Shown here: positions 53,686 through 62,368 of the stretch, one piece after another
Layout: the number at the start of each line of letters is the position of its first letter
Numbering within the stretch: position 1 is the first letter of the stretch
From: an uncultured delta proteobacterium
GTDB taxonomy: Bacteria > Myxococcota_A > Polyangia > Polyangiales > Polyangiaceae
Direction of reading: 5' to 3'
Assembly: GCA_963806225.1 (NCBI GenBank)
Contig: CAWDXG010000001.1
Span: 32,001 to 96,000, forward strand
DNA: 64,000 nt
Translations under genes and position numbers: made by a program
Notes under the pieces: model-generated
Seen by the model: the letters and a program-made list of their open reading frames with translations, nothing else
What the model was told of the DNA's origin: nothing
Databases searched by the model: none

Positions 53686-54458
53686 AGAAGCACCGTTGGT
53701 GGGTGTCGGGGCTCGCGGTGACGTTGTTTCTCGCGGCCTGGGAGCTCGCCGCGCGCGCGAGGATGATCGACCCGGTGCTGATCAGCGCGCCGTCGCGCAT
53801 TGCCCGCTCGGCGGCCCACCTCGCCGCCTCGGGGGCGCTCACCGGCGACGTCGGGTTCACACTGGAGTCGTTCGGCATCAGCCTTGCGATCGCGCTCGTC
53901 GGTGGAGTGCTGCTCGGCATGGCGATGGGCGCGAGCACTCTGGCCCACGACGTGTTCAATCCGTTCGTCTCGGGCGCCAGCTCGCTTCCGAAGATCGTGC
54001 TGATGCCGATTGTCGTCCTGTGGCTCGGCGTGGGGCTTGCGGCCAATGTCTTTCTCGGCGCGCTGATGGGCAGCTTCCCGATCCTCACCAGCGTGCGCGC
54101 CGGGGTGCAGAGCCTCGACCGTGACCTGGTGATGCTCGGTCGCGCCTACGGGGCCAGTCGCTGGATGCTGCTCCGGGCCATCGTGCTGCCGGCGGTGGCG
54201 CCGTTCGTTCTGTCGGGTCTCCGTGTCGCCGTGAGCTACGCGATGGTCGGCGTGCTGCTGGGCGAGTTCTTCGCGTCCAGTCACGGGCTCGGCTACCGCA
54301 TGGTGGTATTTACCGCGAACTTCCGCGTGGATGAGTTCTACGTGTGCGTACTCGTGGTGCTGGCGATCACGGCCGGCTGCACGGCGCTCGTGCACGCGCT
54401 GGAGCGGCGCTTCGAGGGCTGGCGGCCCGACGCGCTGGCGCAAACGCCGGGGATGTAG
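53682..54458 (+). CDS. ABC transporter permease (SsuC/TauC type)
   Basis: AAWE, PKIVLMP, WLGVG, EAA-like loop, GEFFASSHGLG. Confidence 0.9.
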   Translation: MKKHRWWVSGLAVTLFLAAWELAARARMIDPVLISAPSRIARSAAHLAASGALTGDVGFTLESFGISLAIALVGGVLLGMAMGASTLAHDVFNPFVSGASSLPKIVLMPIVVLWLGVGLAANVFLGALMGSFPILTSVRAGVQSLDRDLVMLGRAYGASRWMLLRAIVLPAVAPFVLSGLRVAVSYAMVGVLLGEFFASSHGLGYRMVVFTANFRVDEFYVCVLVVLAITAGCTALVHALERRFEGWRPDALAQTPGM

Positions 54459-54461
54459 GCG

Positions 54462-55232
54462 ATGCGCGTCGAAGGCCTGTGCGTGGACTATGGCGCGCTT
54501 TCCGTGCTCGACGGCATCGACCTCGAGGTGCGCGAGGGCGAGCTGCTGTCTCTGATCGGTCCGAGCGGCTGCGGCAAGACGACTTTCCTGCACGCGCTCG
54601 CGGGGCTCGTTGCCCCGCGCTCCGGCAGCATCGATCACGGCGGCCAGCGGCACGCGATGGTGTTCCAGCGGCCGAACCTCCTGCCGTGGCGCACCGTGCT
54701 GGACAACGCCACTTTCGGCCTCGCGTGCCGGGGTGCTGTCGGCGCGGCAGAGCGTGCTCGCGCCGCGGCGCTGCTCGAGTCGATGGGCCTCGGCGATCAC
54801 CTGGCCGATCGCCCCCACGAGCTCTCGCAGGGCATGCAGCAGCGAGTGAACCTCGCGCGCGCGCTGCTCGTGGAGCCGGACATCCTGCTGCTGGACGAGC
54901 CGTTCGCCGCGCTCGATCCGATCACGCGCCGCGGGCTGTGGGACGAGCTGCTGGCACGGGTGGCCGAGCGCGGGCTCACCGCCATCCTCGTTTCGCATTC
55001 ACTGGAAGAGGTCGCGACGCTCTCCGACCGCGTGGTCGTGCTCAGCGACAAGCCGGCCCGCGTGAAGGCCGTGCTCGACGTCGAGCTGCCGCGACCGCGC
55101 GCGGCCGACGCGGCCGGACGCGTCGAGCGGGAGGAGGTCGAAGCGCGGCTCGACGCGCTGCTGTCGGAAGGCCGTCAGAGCCGGTCGACCGCGTCCGTCA
55201 GCGCGGACAGCGACGCCAGCGCGGCGCAGTAG
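54462..55232 (+). CDS. ABC transporter ATPase (SsuB/TauB type)
   Basis: GPSGCGKT, LSQGMQQR, LLLDEPF. Confidence 0.93.
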   Translation: MRVEGLCVDYGALSVLDGIDLEVREGELLSLIGPSGCGKTTFLHALAGLVAPRSGSIDHGGQRHAMVFQRPNLLPWRTVLDNATFGLACRGAVGAAERARAAALLESMGLGDHLADRPHELSQGMQQRVNLARALLVEPDILLLDEPFAALDPITRRGLWDELLARVAERGLTAILVSHSLEEVATLSDRVVVLSDKPARVKAVLDVELPRPRAADAAGRVEREEVEARLDALLSEGRQSRSTASVSADSDASAAQ

Positions 55233-55888
55233 AGCCCGACCAGTGCGTCGTGCTGCAGGGCCTCCTCGAATCCGGCGAAGCGGCGCAGCCGGTGCCACAC
55301 GTCGCGCTCGCCAGGTAAGAGCCTTGCAAGCACGGTCTCCACGGTTGTCTCGACGTTCGGCGGCTGGGGCAGCTCGATCCCGACGACCAGCGCGATCGCC
55401 CGCAGCAGGTACACCGCCTTGCGCACGCTGCGGCGGAGCTCCACCGCTAGCCGCTGGTCGCCGACTGCGTCGAGGTACGACTGCAGGAGGTCGCGGCGCA
55501 GGACCCTGAGGCTCTGCTCCGCTCTGAGCCTGAGCTGCGACCGGTCGACCGCGAGATCGGCCAGCACGTCCCTGCCCGAGAGCAGCGCTTTCGTGTCGAG
55601 CAGCTCGAGCACGAAGATCGGGAACACGTCGGCGCCCCGCACGATGTCGTTGGTCGTCTCGATGCGCATGCCGATGCGCCGCTCGCGCGCCTCGACAGCC
55701 AACGCGCACGCGGCGTCCAGCAGCGGCCTGTCCATGGCCTGCACCAGCACCAGCAGGTTCGCGTCCGGAGCCTTCTCTCCGCGCCCGAACTCCGATCCGA
55801 ACGCGTAGATCGCATCGAGCCGTCCTCCGAGCACTGCCTCCGCGCGCGCTACGAAAGTCTTCACCGGGCTCTGTGCGTCGTCGGCCAT
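55175..55888 (-). CDS. Nucleotidyltransferase-like protein
   Basis: AIYAFGS.......DANLLVLV, DVFPI, LRLRAEQ. Confidence 0.65.
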   Translation of the reverse strand: MADDAQSPVKTFVARAEAVLGGRLDAIYAFGSEFGRGEKAPDANLLVLVQAMDRPLLDAACALAVEARERRIGMRIETTNDIVRGADVFPIFVLELLDTKALLSGRDVLADLAVDRSQLRLRAEQSLRVLRRDLLQSYLDAVGDQRLAVELRRSVRKAVYLLRAIALVVGIELPQPPNVETTVETVLARLLPGERDVWHRLRRFAGFEEALQHDALVGLYCAALASLSALTDAVDRL

Positions 55889-56291
55889 CGGCCGAGGAGT
55901 ACCACAGTTGCCTGTTCGCTCGTAGCCACCGAGCCGGGCTGGATCATGTGACGGCCGCTCAGCGCGGCCGTCCCTGTGCGACCCAGCTCGCCGCGACCTG
56001 GATGTCCCCGGACGACAGTGCGGGCAGTCCGAGCGGCATCCCGCGCAGAGCGGGGTCGTCGTGGCCCGCTTCCTCGCGCTGGCGCCAGTAGCCGCCATGG
56101 CCCCGGCTCGCTCACCAGCGCTCGGCTTGCTCCGGAACGACTACGCAGTGCTGCTTTCTCCCTGGCTGTTCTGCCCGGCGGTACATTCCGGAAGGCTCGC
56201 CGGCCCTCAGGGAAGTCGCACACCTGGTCGGGCTGTCCGTTCGCTACATTCCAATTGACGCCCATGCGCGACCGACCGACCCTCGGAGGCC

Positions 56292-56813
56292 ATGGCAACT
56301 ATTGACCGAAGAGCCTTTCTGGGAGGGGCGGCGGCTGTCGGCGGGGCGATGGCTACGGCCATGCTGCTCCCAGCAGGTGCACCCGCGCTGCGGCGTTCCC
56401 CGACGGCAGGCCGCGTGTCGCGAGCGGATCGGCGCGTCGCTACGCTGGTCGATCTCAGTCGCGATTCGACCGGACGGCCCCACGTAGCCGAGGCCGCATT
56501 CTTGTCGGCGACCAGTGCACGAGGCTCCCTCGCGATCTCGCCCCAGGAGCAGGCCGATTTGTTTCGCGCGTTCGATGCGCGGGACTTCGCGGCCCTTCGC
56601 GAGCGAGGTCTGCGCGTAGGTGGGCGCAAGTTCGTGTTCGTTCGTGAAGCGGAAGCGGGTACCGCGTTTCACGCTGTACGTAGCGGAGAGCTCGTCGTTG
56701 TGCGGGCTAGCGGCAAGGAGCTGATTGTCGCCACCAGCAGGAGCGGCATGGCACAGGGTCGGGCTGTGGAAGCCGTCTACCAATACGCGCAGCGAACCGC
56801 CGGCATCGCTTGA
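56292..56813 (+). CDS. Profilin-like protein with N-terminal twin-arginine (Tat) signal
   Basis: GGAGG RBS; DRRAFL plus hydrophobic stretch; body HVAEAAFLS...ISPQEQADLFRAF...GLRVGGRKFVFVR...VVVRASGKELIVA...GMAQGRAVEAV follows the profilin pattern; next to actin. Confidence 0.72.
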   Translation: MATIDRRAFLGGAAAVGGAMATAMLLPAGAPALRRSPTAGRVSRADRRVATLVDLSRDSTGRPHVAEAAFLSATSARGSLAISPQEQADLFRAFDARDFAALRERGLRVGGRKFVFVREAEAGTAFHAVRSGELVVVRASGKELIVATSRSGMAQGRAVEAVYQYAQRTAGIA

Positions 56814-56829
56814 TGGAGCCCAGCACCAA

Positions 56830-57399
56830 ATGTCGAAGCTGATCCGGAATCTGATGCGTAGAAAGGGTGCGCTGGTTGCGCTCCTCGGGCTGTTGCTCTC
56901 GCTGTCGCTTGCCCGGCGCGCCGCGGCCGCGGGCACGTGCGAGCAGGAAGTCATCAAGCAGTGCGTGGCCGTCACCTGCCCCGCGTTCTGCGCGAACGCG
57001 GGTTCGAACAAGGCCGCCTGCCGCGCTGGCTGCACCGCCAAAGCGCGCTGCAAGCTCTCGCTCTTCGGGGGCCACGACCGGAAGGACCAGGTCGCGCTCG
57101 AGACCGAGAATCGAGCCGAACTGATGGCTTGCCTGGCGGAGAACCGACACGCCATCGTCGTGTCGCGCGCTCTGGGCGCACCGAGACTGCCTGCGGCTCG
57201 CAAGGGGGTGAAGCGTGTGCGGACACCGAGCGTGAAGCCCACCAGAGGGCGCGTCAGCGGCACGCTGTCACGCCGCACTGTCTGGAAGTCGATCCTGACC
57301 CAGTCGTTCCGCCGTCACCGAGCCGGCAAGGTGCTCATCAAACACGTGATCGCGTTGAAGCCCCGAGCCCACGCTGCGCGCAAGCCGCGTCGGCGCTGA
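56830..57399 (+). CDS. Secreted Cys-rich protein with a very basic C-terminal half
   Basis: GGAG RBS; Sec-type signal; 8 Cys; Arg/Lys-rich tail. Confidence 0.7.
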   Translation: MSKLIRNLMRRKGALVALLGLLLSLSLARRAAAAGTCEQEVIKQCVAVTCPAFCANAGSNKAACRAGCTAKARCKLSLFGGHDRKDQVALETENRAELMACLAENRHAIVVSRALGAPRLPAARKGVKRVRTPSVKPTRGRVSGTLSRRTVWKSILTQSFRRHRAGKVLIKHVIALKPRAHAARKPRRR

Positions 57400-57435
57400 G
57401 CGCCATACACCGCCACAAGCGAGCTACGCAAAGCC

Positions 57436-58554
57436 ATGTCCCTACAACAAGCTCTCGTGATCGACGCCGGCTCGAGCATGACGAAAGTCGGCTTCGCCGG
57501 CGAGGACGCGCCGCGCGCCGTGTTCCCGACCATCGTCGGTCGCCCGCCGCATAGGGGCGTGACGGTCGGCGGTGGACAGACCTTCTACGTCGGCGACGAT
57601 GCCCGGACCAAGCTTGACTCGGCGACGTTGAGCACGCCGATCGACCACGGCATCGTCACGAACTGGTCCGACATGGAACACGTCTATCACTACGCCTTCT
57701 ACAACGAGCTCCGTACCATGCCGGAACAACATCCCGTGCTGCTCACGGAAGCGCCGCTTGACCCGAAAGCCGATCGGGAAAAGCTGACGCAGATGATGTT
57801 CGGCACCTTCAACACGCCGGCCATGTACGTCGCGATCCAGGCCGTGCTCGCTCTCTACGCTTCCGGTCGCACCACAGGCCTCGTGATCGACTCGGGTTAC
57901 GGCGTGACTCACACCGTGCCGATCTACGAGGGCTACTGTCTGCCGCACGCGGTGATGCGCCTGGATCTCGCTGGGCGCGATGTCACCGACCACCTCGCGA
58001 AGCTGCTCGCCCGGCGGGGCTATTCGTTCAAGACGGCGGCCGAGCGCGAGATCGTGCGCGACATCAAGGAAAGGCTGGGGTACGTCGCTCTGGACTACGG
58101 CGCCGAGCTCCGGAAATACAAGACCCACCCAAGCTGGCAACGCTACCAGCTACCGAACGGGCGGATGATCGAGATTGGCGATGAACGCTTCCAATGCGCC
58201 GAAGCGTTGTTCGAGCCCAATCTGATCGGGCTTCAGCAGGACGGGATCCACAAGGCTGCCTTCTCTTCGATCATGAAGTGCGACGTGGACATCCGCAAGG
58301 ACCTCTACAACAACATCGTTCTCTCGGGCGGCAGCACCATGTTCCCCAACATCGCGGCCCGCTTGACCAAGGAGATCAAGGCGCTGGCTCCCACTAGCAT
58401 GACCATCAAGGTGATCGCGCCGCCCGAACGCAAGTACTCGACCTGGATCGGCGGCTCCATCCTGGCGAGCCTCGGCACCTTCGAACAAATGTGGATAACG
58501 AAGGCCGAATACGACGAATTCGGCCCGTCCATAGTGCACCGCAAGTGCACGTGA
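57436..58554 (+). CDS. Eukaryote-type conventional actin (not MreB/FtsA/ParM)
   Basis: [99 protein letters not shown]. Confidence 0.98.
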   Translation: MSLQQALVIDAGSSMTKVGFAGEDAPRAVFPTIVGRPPHRGVTVGGGQTFYVGDDARTKLDSATLSTPIDHGIVTNWSDMEHVYHYAFYNELRTMPEQHPVLLTEAPLDPKADREKLTQMMFGTFNTPAMYVAIQAVLALYASGRTTGLVIDSGYGVTHTVPIYEGYCLPHAVMRLDLAGRDVTDHLAKLLARRGYSFKTAAEREIVRDIKERLGYVALDYGAELRKYKTHPSWQRYQLPNGRMIEIGDERFQCAEALFEPNLIGLQQDGIHKAAFSSIMKCDVDIRKDLYNNIVLSGGSTMFPNIAARLTKEIKALAPTSMTIKVIAPPERKYSTWIGGSILASLGTFEQMWITKAEYDEFGPSIVHRKCT

Positions 58555-58776
58555 CGGGTGGCGTGGCGACTCCGCGCTCGATGCGCGTAGGCGCGCACGC
58601 CGGCGCCCCAGCTCGCTTCGCGCTGGTTCCTGGCTCAGAACGTCCCAGCCAAGCCCATCGGTGTCACCCACACCCGCATCGAAGTCGGCCCGCGATCGCG
58701 AGTGGCTTCCGCCGGCCCCGCCTCGAGCCCGCCTTCCCGGGCGTGGAGGTAGAGCAGGCCGTCGGGATGCGGCCGC

Positions 58777-59793
58777 TCAGAACGTGCCGCTGACGCCCAC
58801 GCTTCGGTAGCCGACGAGCGGGTGCACGCTGAGGTCGCCGTGCCGGAGGATGGAGGCCTCCTTCTTCTTGCCGGAATCGAGCACGAGCAACACGACGCCT
58901 GTAGCGACGCCTACACCGCCGACGACGAACCCGACGGTCGAGAGCGTGCCGGCGCTGGAAGCGTCGTCGTCGAGCGAAGCGAGCTTGCTGCGCTCGGCGC
59001 TCGTGCAGCCGCGCGGGTTGCAGCTGTTGAACAGCTTGTCGCCGTCGCTCGAAGCGCTGCTCTTCTTCAGCAGGAAGATGACGCCCGCGCCGATGCCGAT
59101 CGCGCCCACCCCGAACCCGGCGTAGGCGCCGATGCGCATCCCGCTCATCCCGCCGTTGCTCTTGGGACCGGCAGGTTGCGCTGGAGCCGGCGCGGGGACC
59201 GCGGCCTGGATCGGCTGGAGCGTGAGGACGACGCTGTCGCTCGCGCCCTCCTTCACCTCCACGGTTTTCTCCGGGCTCTCCATGCCCTCGGCAAACGCCT
59301 TGAACACGTGCTTGCCCGGGTCCACCGGCCTGGGGATACCCACGAGAGCGTCGGGCACCCGACGCCCGTCCATCGTGACGTGCGGCGTCTTGGCGCCGGC
59401 GCCCTGCACTCTGGCCGTGACGCGGGGAATACGCGGAACCAGGGCCTGGAGCTCCTGACCCGCCGTCTGCTGCGCGTCCCTGAATGCCTTCGGCGCATCG
59501 GCGCCAAGCTGCTCGCGCTTGATCTTGATGTAGGTCTCGCGTGCGTCGACCAGGTGACCGAGCTTTTCGTACGCACGCGCCAGGTACAAGAGGTGCGTCG
59601 GCGCGTGCACGAGCTTTTCGGCGCGGGAGAAGAAGTCGACCGCGTTGGCGTACTCGCCGGCCTGGAAGGCCTTGGCGCCTTCGGTGGCGGCGGCGCGGGC
59701 GCCCGCAAGCTGTTCATCCGTCTGCGCGCCAGCTGCACCGCAAAACAACGTCGATGCGAGCAGCAACGCCGCCATACACGAAAGGCGAGGCAT
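58777..59793 (-). CDS. Myxobacterial TPR / PEGA-like exported protein
   Basis: Signal peptide, TPR helices, VDPGKH, two C-terminal hydrophobic segments, terminal GVSGTF. Confidence 0.82.
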   Translation of the reverse strand: MPRLSCMAALLLASTLFCGAAGAQTDEQLAGARAAATEGAKAFQAGEYANAVDFFSRAEKLVHAPTHLLYLARAYEKLGHLVDARETYIKIKREQLGADAPKAFRDAQQTAGQELQALVPRIPRVTARVQGAGAKTPHVTMDGRRVPDALVGIPRPVDPGKHVFKAFAEGMESPEKTVEVKEGASDSVVLTLQPIQAAVPAPAPAQPAGPKSNGGMSGMRIGAYAGFGVGAIGIGAGVIFLLKKSSASSDGDKLFNSCNPRGCTSAERSKLASLDDDASSAGTLSTVGFVVGGVGVATGVVLLVLDSGKKKEASILRHGDLSVHPLVGYRSVGVSGTF

Positions 59794-59888
59794 CCCGCGG
59801 AATGGCTACCACGCCGGAGCCGCGGCTGCGCAGGGGCAAACTGTTTTGCCCTTTCCGGCCGCGCGCGCCCAAGTGGTATACGGACGAC

Positions 59889-61055
59889 ATGCATTGGGGT
59901 GCTACGGCTGGTATTGGGCTCATCTTTGTCCTCGTCGGGTGTGGAGGCGGTAGCGAGCGCACCTTCACACCGACGGACGCTTCGGCTGGGAGCGGCGGCA
60001 CCGGAGGCACCGCAACCGGCGGCACCGGAGGCACCGCAACCGGCGGTACCGGAGGCACCGCAACCGGCGGTACCGGAGGCACTGCAACCGGCGGTACCGG
60101 AGGCACTGCAACCGGCGGTACCGGAGGCACTGCAACCGGCGGTACCGGAGGCACTGCAACCGGCGGTACCGGAGGCACGGGTGGAAACGCCGGCGCCGGC
60201 GGCACCGCACCAACCTGCGACGGTTCGAACCATTGCGTGACGACGCCCGCCACGTGGAAAGGCCCGATCACCTACGCGCAGTACACCGGTGGCGCGCCCG
60301 CTTGCCCCACGCCGTATCCGGGCTCGGCACTGACGGCGCACCAGAACCTGAAGCCGGGCAGCGCGAGCTGCAGCTGTACGTGCGGTGCAATCTCGCTCAC
60401 ATGCCCCACCGCCGTGATTGGCACGGGGTATTCCAGCACCAACTGCGCCACGGGCGTGGGCACGATCACCATGCCCATCAACTCGTGCATCGTGGCCAGC
60501 AACTACGCGACGACCAACTCGTTCAACTTCAAGATCGGCGCGGCCGGTTCCAGCTGCGGCTCGCCGACGGTCAACAATACCCTGCCCAAACCCGCCTGGG
60601 GCGGCGACGTTCGCATCTGCGAAGGTGTCAAGGATGTCGCGCCCGGTGCATGCGGAAGCGGCATATGCGTACCCACCACGGGATCCCCCTATGGATCTAC
60701 CTGCATCTACAAGGCCGGCGACAACGCGTGCCCCAGCGGATTCACGGGCTCGCGCGAGGTCGTTTATGGCGGCTACTCGGACACGCGCGCGTGCTCGGCC
60801 TGCACCTGCAACAAGCAGAACGCCACCTGCTCCGCGATCGTGACGCGCTATCAGAGCGGCAACAACACCTGCTCCGGCAGTTCGGCTGCCCTCTCCGTGA
60901 CCACGGCCGGCTCCTCGTGCATCACCAAGGCTTCCCAGAACACCTTCCGGACCACGTCGATCACGAAGAACCCGAAAGCTTACTGCGCGAAGTCGGGCGG
61001 TGCGCTGTCCGGGTCTGCAAAGGCGACGCAACCAACGACGATCTGCTGCCAATAG
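59889..61055 (+). CDS. Cys-rich lipoprotein with Gly/Thr repeat linker
   Basis: Lipobox LVGC; CSCTC, DTRACSACTC, TICCQ. Confidence 0.82.
   Translation: MHWGATAGIGLIFVLVGCGGGSERTFTPTDASAGSGGTGGTATGGTGGTATGGTGGTATGGTGGTATGGTGGTATGGTGGTATGGTGGTATGGTGGTGGNAGAGGTAPTCDGSNHCVTTPATWKGPITYAQYTGGAPACPTPYPGSALTAHQNLKPGSASCSCTCGAISLTCPTAVIGTGYSSTNCATGVGTITMPINSCIVASNYATTNSFNFKIGAAGSSCGSPTVNNTLPKPAWGGDVRICEGVKDVAPGACGSGICVPTTGSPYGSTCIYKAGDNACPSGFTGSREVVYGGYSDTRACSACTCNKQNATCSAIVTRYQSGNNTCSGSSAALSVTTAGSSCITKASQNTFRTTSITKNPKAYCAKSGGALSGSAKATQPTTICCQ
59995..60180 (+). repeat. 24-bp coding tandem repeat (TGGTATGG), about 7-8 units
   Basis: ACCGGAGGCAC(C/T)GCAACCGGCGG(C/T) repeated. Confidence 0.9.
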
Positions 61056-61717
61056 GCCACACGCCCTTATGGGCTGAGGATTCTGAAGCGGATCGAGTGC
61101 ACGAGCCGGATTGCCGGGTACGGGTGCACCCTCCCCATCATCAGAGGATGCCGGCGACAAGCCTTTCATCGTCATGACCAAGGACGACGGTGCCTACTAT
61201 CTGTCGAAGTACGAGCAGTACAACCCGGCGGACGGCAGCTCCGGTTCCCCCGATGTGAAGCGGCTCGCGTTCGGGAGCAAGACGCTGATAGTGGGCCCGA
61301 AGCTCTACTGGGTGGACAGTGTCGTCGGCGCGTGGTCGCTCCGGTCGATCGATGCCAGCGGCGCGACGACTACGCTGCTGCTGCCGGAGGGCAGGCTCAT
61401 CCAGCGCGTTCTGGACGGGTACGTCTACTTCACACCGACGAGCGGCGACGAGCTCGACCGGGTCGCCCTTTCCGACGCAAAAACGCCCTGAGCCGCCCAT
61501 CGCGGCCGGGTGCGTCCAGCGCGTCGCGGGCGGCTGCGGATGTCGGCTTGCGCGGGAGCGGCAACCAACCACGCCGCGTCCCTACAATGCTCGGCCCGAC
61601 GAAACCGGTGCTCTTCCTCGTGTGCGCCGCCTGCCGATTTGACCTGTGACGGGCCCGGCCGTGTGCCAGAACAGCCGGTTACTCGTGGGACCACGCTCGG
61701 CGTCCGTTCACCGTCGG

Positions 61718-62368
61718 TCAGCTGGTGGAACGGCTGCCTGGCGCCATCGAGCTGTAGGCCCGGTACAGCGCAAGCCCTGCGACCAGCGTGCCCGCACCCA
61801 GGTACAGCGCACGCATCGGCCAGGCGCCAGCATCGCTGCCTGCAAACAGGCCGTGGGCGAGAGCCACCGGGAACACTACGAACGACAGATAGTGGAGCTT
61901 GCGCCAGGCCCTGGCGCCGATGCGTCGGCGCAGCAGGAAGCTCGCCTGCAGGACCAGCGCGCCGTACGCGGCGAGGACGCCCAGGCCGACGGCGAAGGGC
62001 CGATAGCCCGAGGTGAACGGCACGAGCGCGTCGATCACGTCGAAGTGCACGAAGCGATCGAACACGAGGACAAGAGAGTGCACGCCGATCATCGCGAGAG
62101 CCGCGCTCGACAGCCAGCGGTGGATTTCGACGCTCCGGGCGCGGGAAAGCACGCGATCGAAGGCGCCGGTGGACAGGAACAGGCCGAAAGCGACGTCGAG
62201 CGACAGCGCGATGAAAGCCGTGACACCTGCGGCCCGCGCCGTCGTCCATGCTGCGCTCCCCTCGAGCTTCGGGACGATGCCGGGCACGAGCCCCAGCCGC
62301 GCTCCGAGCGCGTCCAGCACGATGAGCAACCCGAGGCCGAGCAGGAAGCCGACAAGCGCCCTACGCAT
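61718..62368 (-). CDS. Ferric reductase-like transmembrane (heme b) protein
   Basis: ARAAG, EIHRWLS...GVH, WRKLHYLSF....LAHG. Confidence 0.88.
   Translation of the reverse strand: MRRALVGFLLGLGLLIVLDALGARLGLVPGIVPKLEGSAAWTTARAAGVTAFIALSLDVAFGLFLSTGAFDRVLSRARSVEIHRWLSSAALAMIGVHSLVLVFDRFVHFDVIDALVPFTSGYRPFAVGLGVLAAYGALVLQASFLLRRRIGARAWRKLHYLSFVVFPVALAHGLFAGSDAGAWPMRALYLGAGTLVAGLALYRAYSSMAPGSRSTS

Noticed and set aside
57100..57230. WH2 actin-binding motif in the middle gene (RAELMACL... or GVKRVRT)
   Set aside because: Helix and LKKT-like elements are too far apart and poorly matched; not supportable by eye.
57436..58554. MreB/FtsA/ParM/MamK-type bacterial actin homologue
   Set aside because: Long exact eukaryotic actin signatures and collinearity are far beyond what those families show.
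59995..60180. CRISPR array (also tandem repeats near 2080-2390, 7817-7862, 11006-11073, 45873-45948)
   Set aside because: No unique spacers; units are multiples of 3 inside Gly-rich coding linkers; no cas genes.
61111..61491. Independent CDS
   Set aside because: Looks like a 3' propeller-type remnant without a credible start or RBS.
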